The notes under the pieces: model-generated
The model's database searches: none
What the model saw: the letters and a program-made list of their open reading frames with translations, nothing else
Told to the model about the DNA's origin: nothing
Program-made: the position numbers and the translations under genes
Shown here: one piece after another, positions 46,451 to 60,324 of the stretch
Layout: each line of letters begins with the position of its first letter
Position numbering within the stretch: position 1 is the stretch's first letter
Assembly: GCA_002269645.1 (NCBI GenBank)
Contig: NIVC01002258.1
Span: 124,001-188,000, forward strand
Source: Macrostomum lignano
Taxonomy: Eukaryota
Direction: 5' to 3'
Length of the DNA: 64,000 bases

Positions 46451-49088
46451 ATGGTATAGCCAGAGAACCGCGCTTAACTGCTGCGGCGGCCAACAGCGGC
46501 AAGACCAAGCGAGGGCAGCAAAGTGAGCGCCGGCGAAACCGGCGAGGTCGGCAACGTGGTTCCGCCAGTCGAGCTGCTGCTTTCCTTGGCCAATAGGATC
46601 TTCCGGGTGGCGCCGGGGGACCGTGAGGCTCACTGTCATCGAGCCCCAGCCGTACCACAGGGCACGCTTCGGGTCGGGACGCTGAACTACCGCACTCTTA
46701 AGGCCGCCTGGCAGAGAGGGCTGCTGGCGCAGCTAGCGCACGACCTCACATGAGCGATGTCATCTCGCTGCATGAGGTGTCCATCAGGGCCGACCTGGGA
46801 ATTCACTGTGAGGACCTGGGCGCCGGCTGGACCCTCTGGTACACGTCGGCGGACCAACGAGGCCGTAGAGGAGTTGGAGCGCTGATCGGACCGAGACTGC
46901 AGCAGAGCTGTCGCTGCACCTCCCTGTCTGACCGGCTGCTTCGGGTCGACGTCCGGCTTCATGGCCGGAACGCTCGCTTGTTCTGCGCGTATGCGCCTCC
47001 TGCCACCCGACCTGACGAGGCTCAAGTCTTCTTCGAGCAGCTCTCGGCCCAGGTGGAGGAGACGGCGCAGCGTGAGACATTGGTCGTCCTCGGACACCTG
47101 AACGCGATTTTGCGTAGGTCCGAGCGGTCGCCGTTTGTGACACCGCGCGAGAACGGCAACACCGGAGCGCTGGAGGACTTCCTGGAGAGGCAGGACATGG
47201 TGTCGGCCAATACCCGCTTCCGCAAGCCACCCGGCAGGCTCGCGACCTTCGTGGGCTGCAAGCGGAGGCGGAGGAATGCGCGCGGCCGGAATGCAACGCG
47301 GAGGCAGGCACAGCTCGACCACTTGCTTGTGCATCTTCGTGAGCGCCGCCGCGCCGTCAACTGCCGCGACATCACACCGTTGGCTCTGCGGTCCGACCAC
47401 CGGCTCCTCATCTGCGACCTGCGTGTACGCGATCCGCTCTACCGTCCGCCGAAGCGGCCACCGCGGCGCTACTACCGTGCGCTCAAGGACACCTAGGCCC
47501 GTCGCAATTTCGCTAGTGCCTTCGTCAGCGCGCTTGGCGACAGGTGCGGGTGCGCCGAGTACACGGACGTAAGTGCTGCGGTTAGAGCCGCGGCGGAGCA
47601 AGCAGTCCCGCTGATGCAACCGGCCCAACGTAGACAGCCGGTCTGGCAGGACGACCCTGCGATTCGGCAAGCGAGGGCAGAGCTGGAGAGGCTCCGTCTG
47701 AGCAGGCGGCCAACTCGCGAGGCGGAAGAGGCAACAGGCCGCTGTGGACGGCGCCATCCAGACAGTCTCCGCCGCTGGACCCGACGCCAAAGGGCGCATG
47801 GCCTGCTCCGCCATCAATGCTCTGACCGGGCGGAAGCGGCGCATCCCGCTCAATCTGGCTGGCGACACTCCGGATGAGCGCAGAAATGAGTTTTTGGCTT
47901 TGAGAGTTTTAATGTAGCCCCAGTCAGCACAGCCGACCCAACAGTAACCGGGCCGGAAAGCGCTGGGTCCGGACGAGGTTGCCCATTGAGGCGCTGCGAC
48001 TCCACTGTGTGGCCAGCGAGGTTGCCAGTGTGATGAACCGCGTGCTTTTCGGTGAGGCGGCACCCAACGAATGGACCACGGCGCACATCGTCGCTATTCC
48101 GAAGAAGCCGTGCTTGAGGAGCACCAAGGGATCTGCCTGCAGTCCTGCGCTGCGAAGCTGTTCAACCGGATGCTGCTATCGCGGTGGCAGCCCGTGCTGG
48201 ATCCGTATTTGCGGTCTGAACAGAACGGCTTCCGGCCACACCACGGCACAGTGGCGCAGATCCTGGCTCTTTGCCGAGTCATCGAGGAAGCGCGGACCCG
48301 CCAGTCGAGCCTGATTGCTCTCTTTGTTGACTTCAGGAAGGCTTTCGACTAGGTCATGAGAGCCGTGCTCCCAATGGTGCTTCGTGCGTACAACGTGCCA
48401 GAGCAGCTGATTTCCGCCGTCATGGCGCTGTATCACGGCACGAACGCTGCTGTGCTGACACCGGACGGCCTGTCGGATTTCTTTGAGACATCCTCTTGGG
48501 TGCTTCAGGGAGATACGCTTGCGCCGTTCCTGTTCGTCCTGGTGCTTGACTGGCTGCTGCGGACTGCTCTCCCTTCTAACGACGACGGCTTCCTGTTTCA
48601 GCGACACGTGGGTCGACGCCAACCGGAAAGGCGGCTCAGCGTGCTGGGCTACGCCGATGATCTCGCCCTGCTGTCCTCGACCGTCGAGGGCGCCCAACGC
48701 CAGCTGGACCGGCTAGAGATCGTTGCAACGAGTGTCGACCTGGTGGTCAACACGCTGAAGACCGTCGTGCTCTGCGTGCCGGACGACATCGAGGCTGCAA
48801 TTTTCTGCCGAGGCGCTGACGGACAGGCGACGAAGCTTCCGTGCTGTCAGTAGTTCGTCTAACCTCGGCGGTCTGGTGCCTGACGTTCGAGAGGACCCTA
48901 CGACGTCGCCGTGGATTTGCCTGGGCTACCTTCCGTTCCGTGAGGGGGCAGGCGCGTACTCGGCGTTTCGTCGACTGCATGCCTGCTGGCTGATGCCGGC
49001 GCCCCGGACACTACGTTCCTATACGTTCGCCTACGTTCGCGCTCAGGCCTTGAAACGCGCCTTGTGACGTTGTCTGCTGACTGACTGA
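46451..49088 (+). mobile_element. Decayed RTE-clade LINE (APE + RT, multiple stops and frameshifts)
   Basis: RVGTLNYRTL, GVGALIG, CAYAP, SDHRLL, EQNGFR, FVDFRKAFD*, LQGDTLAPFLF, LGYADDL. The C-terminus is deleted. Putative (CTGA)3 tail at about 49077-49088. Confidence 0.9.
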
Positions 49089-50377
49089 CAATGTATTTGG
49101 TTTTTGTTGTTGTTGCATGCGTGCAGAATAAGTCAATTATGCGGGTTGGAGACATTTTTAGTGACCTTTTTGTACTAAACCTTTGCGAACTTTCCGTACC
49201 GTATTCAGTATCAACATTTCATTCTCGAAATTTCTATTTGAATAGCGCTTTCTATATTACACTTTAAGTAATTTAAATTCTAACATATCCCAAATTCTTA
49301 ACCGAACTTTATTAAAGAACCAACCAAGGGCTACAGTGGTCCTTGGAACCAACGCCTTTACGCCTCATTTATTTAAAACCGATAACATCGTTTATGGATG
49401 ATGAATTAATTCACATAGTCGAAAAACATTATTAAAGCTTAAAATGCACTTTAAACAGACCAGTTTTAATGCTTAAAGATCATAATCATTTTCTTCTGTT
49501 CAAAAATTTAAAACACTTTAGTCTATTTCCTTTTTATCATGTGCATTTTTGCTTTACTGTAAGTAATGTTAATAAAATGAAAATATTTTAATTTAAAGTT
49601 TTCCAAGAACCAATAATTGGGTTTAACGGTTTAGGGAGACCGTTTAGGGTTAGTATAGTTTCAGTGGAATCATTTTTTACAATCGAACTTAGCCAAAGAA
49701 TTAAGCTAGTTCAGTTCGAGAATTATGTTTCACAAGAGCAACTAAGTCTGACTGTAATTAGGGTTGTGCGGAAAAATGTACACGAGCCTCTCGATCCAAA
49801 AGACACTAAGTTTTTGTCTATTTATATTTGTGTTTATTATCTTGCTGGCTTGCTTCTGACTTACCGAAACATTAAAAATGAATTTTTACAGATTTTTAAA
49901 TTATTCAATGAAATAAATAGGAAAATGATGATTTTCAAACAAGAAAAAGATCAATTTCTGTGTACCACCCACTCCCCTTGCCCTTGGACTTGGCTTTGTG
50001 AATGTCAACTAAAACTTGTAGCTTTTAGCAAGTTTGTATTTTCCTCTATAAAGTAATGCTGGATAAGCAGATGTTGTTAAAATATTACCGTGTCTCTTAA
50101 TTTATCCTTAAAACTAAATATGCTTGTAGTAAGTTTTGAATTTATTAAACAATCTTAATAGTCTTTTTATCTTCAGATTAATCTTTTCATAGGCCTATGA
50201 TATCAATTTCAACTTGTACAAACTTTTACAATAGTGCTTCTTCATGATATTGTTATCTAAAAATTTCAATCTTAGTACATTGGATTAAATTGATTTTTAT
50301 ACACTTTTAATCCATTCTAGTTAGCTAAAAATATGATTAAATATTAAAACTCAGATCAAGCAATTTTTTTATTTCCT

Positions 50378-50520
50378 TCCTATATACTAAAAATGAGTTG
50401 TGTGTCTCTGTGAGATAGATTTCAGAATAAATGGCTCAGCCGATTTTCTTCAAATTTGCACCATTTGATCAGAAATTTTCCTGGGACGGTACATGCATCT
50501 TGGCTAAAAAATTGCTCAAT
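50378..50520 (+). mobile_element. Possible non-autonomous Helitron-like 5' segment (similar start at about 210-240)
   Basis: An identical 18-mer atactaaaaatgagttgt occurs at 216-233 and 50384-50401, each after TC. Here it is followed by gctcagccgattttcttcaaattt, typical of rolling-circle non-autonomous elements. The 3' end was not found. Confidence 0.35.
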
Positions 50521-50847
50521 GTTAAAGGGATTAAATATTTGAAAAACATGCTTTTTTGCAAAGGTCAAGCCAAATTTTTGACTTGAAATACATTGGAAGA
50601 ATGCTAGAGAAAAAACTGACTGACTGAATACCGATTGTGACAAAGATTGCATCACAACAAGTTGAAAAACAGTGCCAAAGAAATGCACATACAACTTGAT
50701 TAAAATTGCGTAACAATATTGCTAACTTAAATTGACACTGATACTGGCTGGCCAAGAAATTGATTGTGTCATAACTTTTTACTCTAACTGATTTGCTATA
50801 AGAATTTAATTATAAGGGCCACAATTCATGTTCTCCAATTGACAAGA

Positions 50848-50905
50848 GATAGCATAGATGCAAACAGACTGGACTGCTAATGCAGCAACCTGGGTTCGAA
50901 TCTTA
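50848..50905 (+). mobile_element. Degenerate tRNA-derived (SINE-like) head
   Basis: B-box ggttcgaatc, A-box-like tagcatag, anticodon-arm-like ggactgctaat. Does not fold into a full cloverleaf. Confidence 0.3.
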
Positions 50906-50984
50906 GTAGTACAAAATTTGTTTTAAAACACCTTAAAAACATGAAAAGCTAAACACAAAAAGCACAATGTCAAACATTATAGAG

Positions 50985-51425
50985 CCACCATGTCTAACAT
51001 TAAAACGCCATTATGTGAAACATTAAAGAGCCACCATGTCAAACATTAAAGAGCCACCATGTCAAACATTAAAGAGTTACCATGTCAAACATTAAAGAGT
51101 CACCATGTCAAACATTAAAGAGTCACCATGTCAAACATTAAAGAGACACCATGTCAGACATTAAAAAAACCCTGAATCAAACATAAAAGAGCTAGCATGT
51201 AGAACATAAAAGAGCCACAATATCAACATAAAAGAGGCACCATGTCCAACATAAAAGAGCCACCATGTCAAACATTAAAGAGCCACAATGTCGAACATTA
51301 AAGAGCCACCATGTCAAACATAAAAGAGCCACTATGTCAAACATTAAAGAGACATCATGTCAGACATAAAAAAACCCCAAATCAAACATTAAAGAGCCAC
51401 CATGTCAAACATTAAAGATACACAA
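50985..51425. repeat. 23-bp minisatellite (ccaccatgtcaaacattaaagag)
   Basis: Read directly. Confidence 0.92.
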
Positions 51426-51509
51426 TTTCAAATGTAAAAGTACGCATGCCAATTTTAAAGGAGCCACTATATAGCTAAGGAAATTGTTGCACTAGCTACT
51501 TATTGTCTA

Positions 51510-51780
51510 ATGGATGCTTACTATTTGAGGATGCTTGCTATCTAGGGGATGCTTGCTTTTTGGGGGATGCTTGCTATCTGGGGGATGCTTGCTATTTGGG
51601 GGATGCTTGCTATCTGGGGAATACTTGCTATCTGGGGGATGCTTGCTATCTGAGGGATGCTTGCTATTTAGGGGATGCTTGCTATCTGGGGATGCTTGCT
51701 ATCTGGGGGATGCTTGCAATGTGGGGGATGCTTGCTATCTGGGGGATGCTTGCTATCTGGGGGGTGCTTGCTGTCTTGGG
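51510..51780. repeat. 18-bp minisatellite (gggggatgcttgctatct)
   Basis: Read directly. Confidence 0.93.
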
Positions 51781-52230
51781 ATGATTTCTTTTTGCATTGC
51801 ACTTTATTTGAGCAGTTTGTCTGTTGTCTTTGTGAAGGCTTTATTTGACTGTCTTTTTGTTACTTGTAGAGAACAGAGATTCTATCCAGATGTCCCCCAA
51901 CGGGGGGCAAAGATTGCTAGTTAAAGCTATAAAGCTAAAATGTATAATATGGAAATATTACATTTTTTGATATCATTAAACAGATACAGTGTTGGATACA
52001 CTAAAGCTAGAGAAAAAGCAGAACAATTTTTATTAGCAAGTCAAATAAAATTTAATTTTAGGCTATATTATTTAAGCTAATTATTTCTAGAATGTTTATA
52101 TTAATTGTTGTATAGCATGCTACAAGTTATATAAAAATTATGAAATTAGTATTTTTGCAATCTATATAAAAATACTTTTTCTTTTAAAAACCATTTTAGC
52201 CAAGCCATCTAGCATAGCTAGCTATAAACT

Positions 52231-52388
52231 ATGGTATCAGAAGTTTCAGCGCAGCGCTGTGCTGACCTAGAATATGAGTGCAATTCAACTGGCAATGCAT
52301 TTACAAGCTTAATTAGCGAATTAAAGCTTGGCATTCCTGTTTATGAAGATCTGATTAACAAGGCTCAAAAGTTAAATGGTGCTTTCAG
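52231..52388 (+). CDS. MTSS1: MTSS1/MIM-like I-BAR (IMD) protein, exon 1
   Basis: LEYECNSTGNAFTSLISELKLGIPVYEDLINKAQKLNGAFR aligns with MIM 'IEKECSALGGLFQTIISDMKGSYPVWEDFINKAGKLQSQLR'. Donor ag|gtgagt. Confidence 0.9.
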
Positions 52389-52599
52389 GTGAGTAGACAA
52401 AGAGGGAAATCTGGTTGGTTGGTAGCAAAGGTGATCTTGTATATTAAGAAGGGGAATCTACTATATTGGAAGGGGAGTCAGGAATATAGGCAGAAAATCT
52501 TGGTTATGTAGAATTATGGATCTGGTAGATTTAGAAGTAAGAGAATTTGAAAAGTTTGATGGGTAAAGAAATTGGTAGATAGGGAAGGGGAATCCAGTA

Positions 52600-53130
52600 G
52601 ATAAGGAAGGAGGATGGGTGGATGAGGAAGGGGAATCGGGTAGATAAGGAAGGGGAATCGGGTAGATAAGAAAAAGGAATCGGGTAGATAAGGAAAAGGA
52701 ATCGGGTAGATAAGAAAAAGGAATCGGGTAGATAAGGAAAAGGAATCGGGTAGATAAGAAAAAGGAATCGTCAATCGGGTAGATAAGGAAATGGAATCGG
52801 GTAGATAAGGAAAAGGAATCGAGTAGATAAGGAAAAGGAATCGGGTAGATATGGAAAAGGAATCGAGTAGATAAGGAAAAGGAATCGGGTAGATAAGGAA
52901 AAGAAGTCGGGTAGATAAGAAAAAAGAATCGGGTAGATAAGGAAGGGGAATTGGGTAGATAAGGAAGGGGAATTGGGTAGATAAGGAAGGGGAATCGGGT
53001 AGATAAGGAAGGGGAATTGGGTAGATAAGGAAGGGGAATCGGGTAGATAAGGAAGGGGAATTGGGTAGATAAGGAAGGGGAATCGGGTAGATAAGGAAGG
53101 GGAATCGGGTAGATAAAGAACCGGAATCGG
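52600..53130. repeat. 22-bp minisatellite (aatcgggtagataaggaaaagg) in MIM intron 1
   Basis: Read directly. Confidence 0.93.
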
Positions 53131-53169
53131 GTAAGAGAACTACATGTCGCCCATTAAAATTCGCTGCAG

Positions 53170-53243
53170 AATACTTCTGTTAGCGAGTTCAGCTTTTCTG
53201 GATTCTTTCCAAAAGATAGCGGATTTGGCTTCAAGCTCCAATG
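53170..53243 (+). CDS. MTSS1: MTSS1/MIM-like exon 2
   Basis: LASSAFLDSFQKIADLA matches MIM 'AAAAFLDAFQKVADMA'. Phase 2 to phase 1. Confidence 0.93.
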
Positions 53244-53330
53244 GTGAGTTTCGAAAGGCTAATGCCATGTTTTGTTTAAATGCAAGATTCGTCATTACTC
53301 CTATTCTATTTTAACTTTCTATACATATAG

Positions 53331-53415
53331 GCGCCACCAAAGAGTTGGGCGCCGCTCTGACGCGAATCTGCTTGAAGCAGCGAACTATTGAGAGCCGGGC
53401 CAAGTCCTACAGCGG
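53331..53415 (+). CDS. MTSS1: MTSS1/MIM-like exon 3
   Basis: GATKELGAALTRICLKQRTIESR matches MIM 'GGTREIGSALTRMCMRHRSIEAK'. Phase 1 to phase 2. Confidence 0.93.
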
Positions 53416-53652
53416 GTGAGTTCAGTGTACAGTGCTTTTGTTTGGTATCACTTATGGTTTCTGCATTGATTCCATATGCAGTTTGGGAATCCTCTAAAAA
53501 CATACAGTGATTGACTGCTGCCACGACAGTGATAATGAGTCTGTTATCGCCTTTAAATATTGACGGCAATTAGCGCCAAATAGACTTTACCCGCATACTG
53601 CCCTGACAAAGAGTAACCTAACTCAAAATATCGGCAACTATAATGAAATGGA

Positions 53653-53978
53653 GAAATGAAGGCCAACACCAACATATAAGTAAATTATTATTATAGCCAA
53701 CGCGTTTCGACACAAGCGGTCATCTTCAGGGCTTGCACTCATGCACTCATATTGCACTCATATGAGTATGAAATATACGAGATTTCGTATTTCGTATGAG
53801 ATTTCGATCATATATTTCATACTCATATGTGAGAGATACTCATATGCGAGATCATATGAGTGCAAGCCCTGAAGATGACCGCTTGTGTCGAAACGCGTTG
53901 GCTATAATAATAATTTACTTATATGTTGGTGTTGGCCTTCATTTCTCTATTATTAATTAAACGAGCATCTCTACCAGA
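53653..53978. mobile_element. Penelope-like-derived hairpin element carrying inverted hammerhead ribozymes
   Basis: Perfect 92-bp arms (53651-53742 / 53856-53947). 13-bp direct repeat ataatgaaatgga at 53640-53652 and 53979-53991. Confidence 0.8.
53865..53903 (+). ncRNA. Type I minimal hammerhead ribozyme (mirror copy on the minus strand in the left arm)
   Basis: Stem I AGCC/GGCT, core CTGAAGA, stem II GAC/GTC, GAAA, palindromic stem III ACGCGT, cleavage triplet GUU (after 53899). Confidence 0.7.
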
Positions 53979-54029
53979 TAATGAAATGGACTTTTTAAAG
54001 TTCTTTTACTGTGTCAGCACCTGAGATTT

Positions 54030-54480
54030 GGGGTGCCCTTCTCTCTCTCTCCCTCTTTCTCCCTCTCTCTGCCTCTCTCCCTCTCCTTATCTCCCTCTCT
54101 AACTCTTCCCAGTCTCTCCCTCTCCCTCACCCTCCCTCTCTCCCTCTCCCCAGTCTCCCCCTCTCCCTCTCTCCCTCCCTCTCTCCAGTCTCCCTCTCTC
54201 CTTCCCTCCCTCCCTCCCTCCCTCCCTCCCTCTCCCAGACTCCCTCTCTCCCTCTCCCCAGTCTCCCTCTCTCCCTCTCCCCAGTCTCCCTCTCTCCCTC
54301 TCCCCAGTCTCCCCCTCTCCCCAGTCTCCCCCTCTCCCTCTCTGCCCCTCTCCCTCTCTCCCTCCCTCCCTCCCTCTCTCCAGTCTCCCTCTCTCCCTCC
54401 CTCCCTTTCCCCAGACTCCCTCTCTCCTCCCCACTCTCCCTCTCTCCTTCTCTCTTTCTCTCCTCTCTTTTTCTCTCTTT
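54030..54480. repeat. CT-rich low-complexity tract
   Basis: Read directly. Confidence 0.9.
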
Positions 54481-55171
54481 CTATTAATTCGCTTCTGTCC
54501 TGCGGTGAGCTAGGAAATCAGGAATGATTGGGATCTGATCCCAAGAATGCTGCCACACGGTTAGGGAAAAGGCACATCCCTGTTTGGTTTATTAATATTT
54601 TGCCCAAGGCGAAATATAAAATATGAGCTGCTCTACTAACTCTGTCAAATCAGGCGTGAACTTGTCCTAAGAATTTGTGATTGCGTAATAGCGAAATATC
54701 GTATATTATGTAATACAAAATAATTTATAGTAAAATTACGAATATGCACACTTAATTATATATCGCGTCTTTGAGATGCCTATATTTCAACCAACAAACA
54801 CTGTCACTATTGATTGAATAGAGCTGCTTTAACTAAAATTTCTTTCCGTATTTTGAATTAATTGACTTGTCGTCGTTGTTTAAACTATATGAAAAGATGA
54901 TTCATGTCTTAAAGAAATCTTTGCATTAGAGATTTCCCGGGAGAGCAGGCAGAGGGACTGGGGTAGGGTTGGCAATAGCAAAGTTCATGACCGTGTATAG
55001 CTATAAAGCAATATTTCTTCCCGCCTTCGGCCCCGCCTTTTTAAATATGCAAATTCTTATGGCCTGTGTTTTTTGTATCCGCTTTGCAGACACGTGTTGC
55101 TAGTTCATCCGGCCCTCCTGGGGCAGTCGTATTAGTTTGTTTTAAGCAGCCGTTTGCTCATTCAGGACCTG

Positions 55172-55803
<632 letters not shown>

Positions 55804-56199
55804 CATGTACCAATCAACCAATCTCTTTATGCGTCACCATGTGTATGCACACCTTTACTCGTCTCATGTCCCGCTTGCTCACTTTCCTCTCCTCCCCCTT
55901 GCCTTCCCTGCGCGTGTCTCCTTTATCCTTTGTGCTTGCTTTGCCCTTGTTGTCACGCGCTGGCCCAGGGGTGAGGGGTCGGTTCGCCCAGCTTGCTCAT
56001 TCGTACTCAGTGCAGCCGGAACCGAGAGCCATCATATTATTTTGGCTACATGTGCAGCTTCACTGCTCCCCCCTCTACAGATGACGGACGGAGCTGAGAC
56101 TGGGTGGGGAACCAGCTAATGGGAGACTGAGGGGCTTGCAGAGGCCGTGGCCCAGCTCGTCATCGCGCAAATATAATTGCGCTGCCGGGCCGAATTTGC

Positions 56200-56237
<38 letters not shown>

Positions 56238-56479
56238 TTTCCGCAGTGTCGGACCTCCCTCCAAGGCTCTAAACATCCTCCCCATCCGCCTCCCAACAAA
56301 TCCCTTAGGTGCTGATTAGCGTGAATAGGATGCAGGGCCCCAGTAGCCGGGGCGCATGCGAGAGGACCGGATCAATTTCTTCTCCTCTGTTTTTTGCCCG
56401 ACTCCAATCCTGCCGCTCCCTGTCCTGCGCTGTGTCACCCGGACTCGTCCCCCCCCCCCTCCCAACTTCTGAGCCTCAG

Positions 56480-57310
<831 letters not shown>

Positions 57311-57997
57311 TCTTTATGTATGTCCTAATATCTGACTTTCTATGGGTCTAACTGTTTAGTTGGCACCTGTAGACGTTCTGTTTAATCCCCTAGCATCGCA
57401 AGTCCCACTGCACTATTCCATCCACAGTGTCTCTTTTTGCCTACTTAGCCCGTAAGCCGAGCCAGCTAATCTCCGTTATTGTGCTTTAAGGGCCAATTCA
57501 AAGCAGTAGGCCACAGCTTCATCAGGCTTAGGAGCAGAAATGCCCCTCTTCCCACTATTTTCCCTCCCTAATCCTCTTCGGCAAAAATTTGCGCGGCTCA
57601 GGCGAACGGCTAGACAAGAAACTTGGAATTCCGCTGGGTGCAATTCAGGACACAAACTTGGCTTTAGCCTGCAGTATTGATTATTCTGTCTCTCACAATG
57701 CTTTATTATAGGTAGCCATGCCTGCTAATATCTTTGTTGATAAAGATTTATTGTCGTCAATTCGGGTATGATCTACTATTGAGCTGACATTTTTGTTAAT
57801 AAGGCAGCCAGTATTCGAAATTAGACTGCGTTCTTATGACCGAGTTCGTCATCAATTAAAGCTTGCTTTTCGGTTGTTCTTAAGTCCTTCTGATCCCTCA
57901 CGGTTTGGCTCATAATTTCGATTGAACTTAGCCAGGGAATTCGTTCGATAGCTTTTCTTGTAAATTCCTTGTTCATTACTTCTAACTGGAGTTCTGT

Positions 57998-58720
57998 GGG
58001 GATTTCAATAATCATAACTCGAGTTTTTATGGGGATTTCAATAATCATAACTCGAGTTTTTATGGGGATTTCAATAATCATAACTCGAGTTTTTATGGGG
58101 ATTTCAATAATCATAACTCGAGTTTTTATGGGATTTCAATAATCATACCTTGAGCTTTATGGGGATTTCAAAAATCATAACTCGAGTTTCTATGGGGATT
58201 TCAATAATAATAACTCGAGTTTTTATGGGATTTCAATTATCATACCTTGAGCTTTATGGGATTTCAATTATCATAACTCGAATTTTTATGGGATTTTAAT
58301 AATCATAACTCGAGTTTTTATGGGATTTCAATAATCATACCTTGAGCTTTATGGGGATATCAATTATCATAACTCGAGTTTTATGGGGATTTCAATTATC
58401 ATAACTCGAGTTTTTATGGGATTTCAATTATCATAACTCGAGTTTTTATGGGATTTCAAAAATCATACCTTGAGCTTTATGGGGATTTCAAAAATCATAA
58501 CTCGAGTTTTATGGGGATTTCAATTATCATAACTCGAGTTTTTATGGGATTTCAATAATCATAACTCGAGTTTTTATGGGGATTTCAATAATCGTAACTC
58601 TAGTTTTTATGGGGATTTCAATTATCATAACTCGAGTTTTTATGGGGATTTCACTAATCATAACTCGAATTTTTATGGGGATTTAAATAATCATAACTCG
58701 AGTTTTATGGGGATTTCAAT
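57998..58720. repeat. 32-33-bp minisatellite (ggggatttcaataatcataactcgagtttttat)
   Basis: Read directly. Confidence 0.95.
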
Positions 58721-58782
58721 TTCGGGATTTGAAGACAAACAACTTGCCCCCCCCTCCTCAACCCCGCTGTTCCGGCCTGCAG

Positions 58783-58935
58783 CCACCTGCAGGACAGTCT
58801 CGCCGCGCCGCTCTCGGAGCGCCTGGAGTCGTGGCGCCGCCAGACCCAGCAGCTCGAGAAGGAGCGCCACCGCGAGCTCAAGCGACTTCGCGCCGATGCA
58901 AAACGGTCGGCAGGCAGCGGCGGCAGCGTCATCTA

Positions 58936-58968
<33 letters not shown>

Positions 58969-59393
58969 TTCCGGCGAATCGACTCTGCGACTTGGCCGGC
59001 GACGTCGCCAATCGTCCGGCAGTCAGCTGATGGACAGCGGCCAGCTCGAGCGCGCCCTGGCCGACTCGCTGCGCTGGCAGGAGCGTCAGCTGACCGTCGA
59101 GAGACACTGGCTGCGTCTGGCCCGTCAGGAGGGCCGCTCGCGCTTGGCCTGCTTCCTGGCCTGTCTGAAGCCCGGCCTGGACCTTCTTGGCGGACTGGCC
59201 GACGAGTTCGGACACCTGCGCGACTTGGCCGACCGAATGTCCGGCCTCACCAACTGTTGCGCCGACGACGGGTCCGACGCGTCCGCCGCTGCCGCTTCCG
59301 CCGCGTTCAATGCCGCCACAGGCCCGCCGAAAATGTCCAGCGGCGGCTGTCAAAGGCGGAGCTTCAGCCCGGCGCCCAGCGTCAATTCTCACG
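58783..59393 (+). CDS. MTSS1: MTSS1/MIM-like exon 4 (second half of the IMD)
   Basis: Acceptor cctgcag|c. LQDSLAAPLSERLESWRRQTQQLEKE matches MIM 'LIDCLINPLQEQMEEWKKVANQLDKD'. EGRSRLACFLACLKPGL matches 'EERGRFCTFISMLRPVI'. Donor g|gtgagt. Confidence 0.92.
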
Positions 59394-59411
59394 GTGAGTC
59401 TCGGGGAGAGT

Positions 59412-60050
59412 CCTTCGATCTGACCGCTAGTCGAGGGCTCCCTTTGATCTGACCGCTAGTCGAGGGCTTCCTTTGATCTGACCGCTAGTCGAGGGCTTTC
59501 TTTGATCTGACCGCTAGTCGAGGGTTCCCTTTGATCTGACCGCTAGTCGAGGGTTCCCTTTGATCTGACCGCTAGTGCGAGGGTTCCCTTTGATCTGACC
59601 GCTAGTGCGAGGGTTCCCTTTGGTCTGACCGCTAGTGCGAGGGGCGCCTTTGATCTGACCGCTCCGTTTAATCTGACCGCTAGTGCGAGGGGCGCCTTTG
59701 ATCTGACCGCTCCGTTTAATCTGACCGCTAGTGCGAGGGTTCCCTTTGATCTGACCGCTAGTGCGAGGGTTCCCTTTGGTCTGACCGCTAGTGCGAGGGG
59801 CGCCTTTGATCTGACCGCTCCGTTTAATCTGACCGCTAGTGCGAGGGGCGCCTTTGATCTGACCGCTCCGTTTAATCTGACCGCTAGTGCGAGGGTTCCC
59901 TTTGATCTGACCGCTAGTGCGAGGGTTCCCTTTGATCTGACCGCTAGTGCGAGGGTTCCCTTTGATCTGACCGCTAGTGCGAGGGTTCCCTTTGATCTGA
60001 CCGCTAGTGCGAGGGTTCCCTTTGATCTGACCGCTTGTGCGAGGGCTCCC
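59412..60050. repeat. 29-30-bp minisatellite (tttgatctgaccgctagt[g]cgagggttccc)
   Basis: Read directly. Begins about 20 nt after the donor. Confidence 0.95.
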
Positions 60051-60324
60051 TTTAAATTTAAGTGCTCTGAAACCTAAACTGCGAGATGGAGGAATTTTAT
60101 TAAATATGAAAATGAAGGTGAAAGTTTTTATGCAGCATGTTTTGCGTATTACGGTTCAAAAAAGTTCACACGGACTGTATGAGCGGATTAAAAAACTTTT
60201 GCGCAATTTTGCAGTTCTAACACAATAAATCTTCTTCGCTTCCTGATTAATTAATCAACTTTTCATGCACCTAGTCGACTAAGTTTCCTTCTAAGGTGTG
60301 GACTAAATTCGTCCATACCACTGG

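Noticed and set aside
46687-48063. 458-aa minus-strand ORF
   Set aside because: Antisense to the decayed RTE element, with no domain signature.
55020-55055. Octamer (ATGCAAAT) plus GC box as an snRNA promoter
   Set aside because: No snRNA-like sequence downstream, and short motifs are expected by chance.
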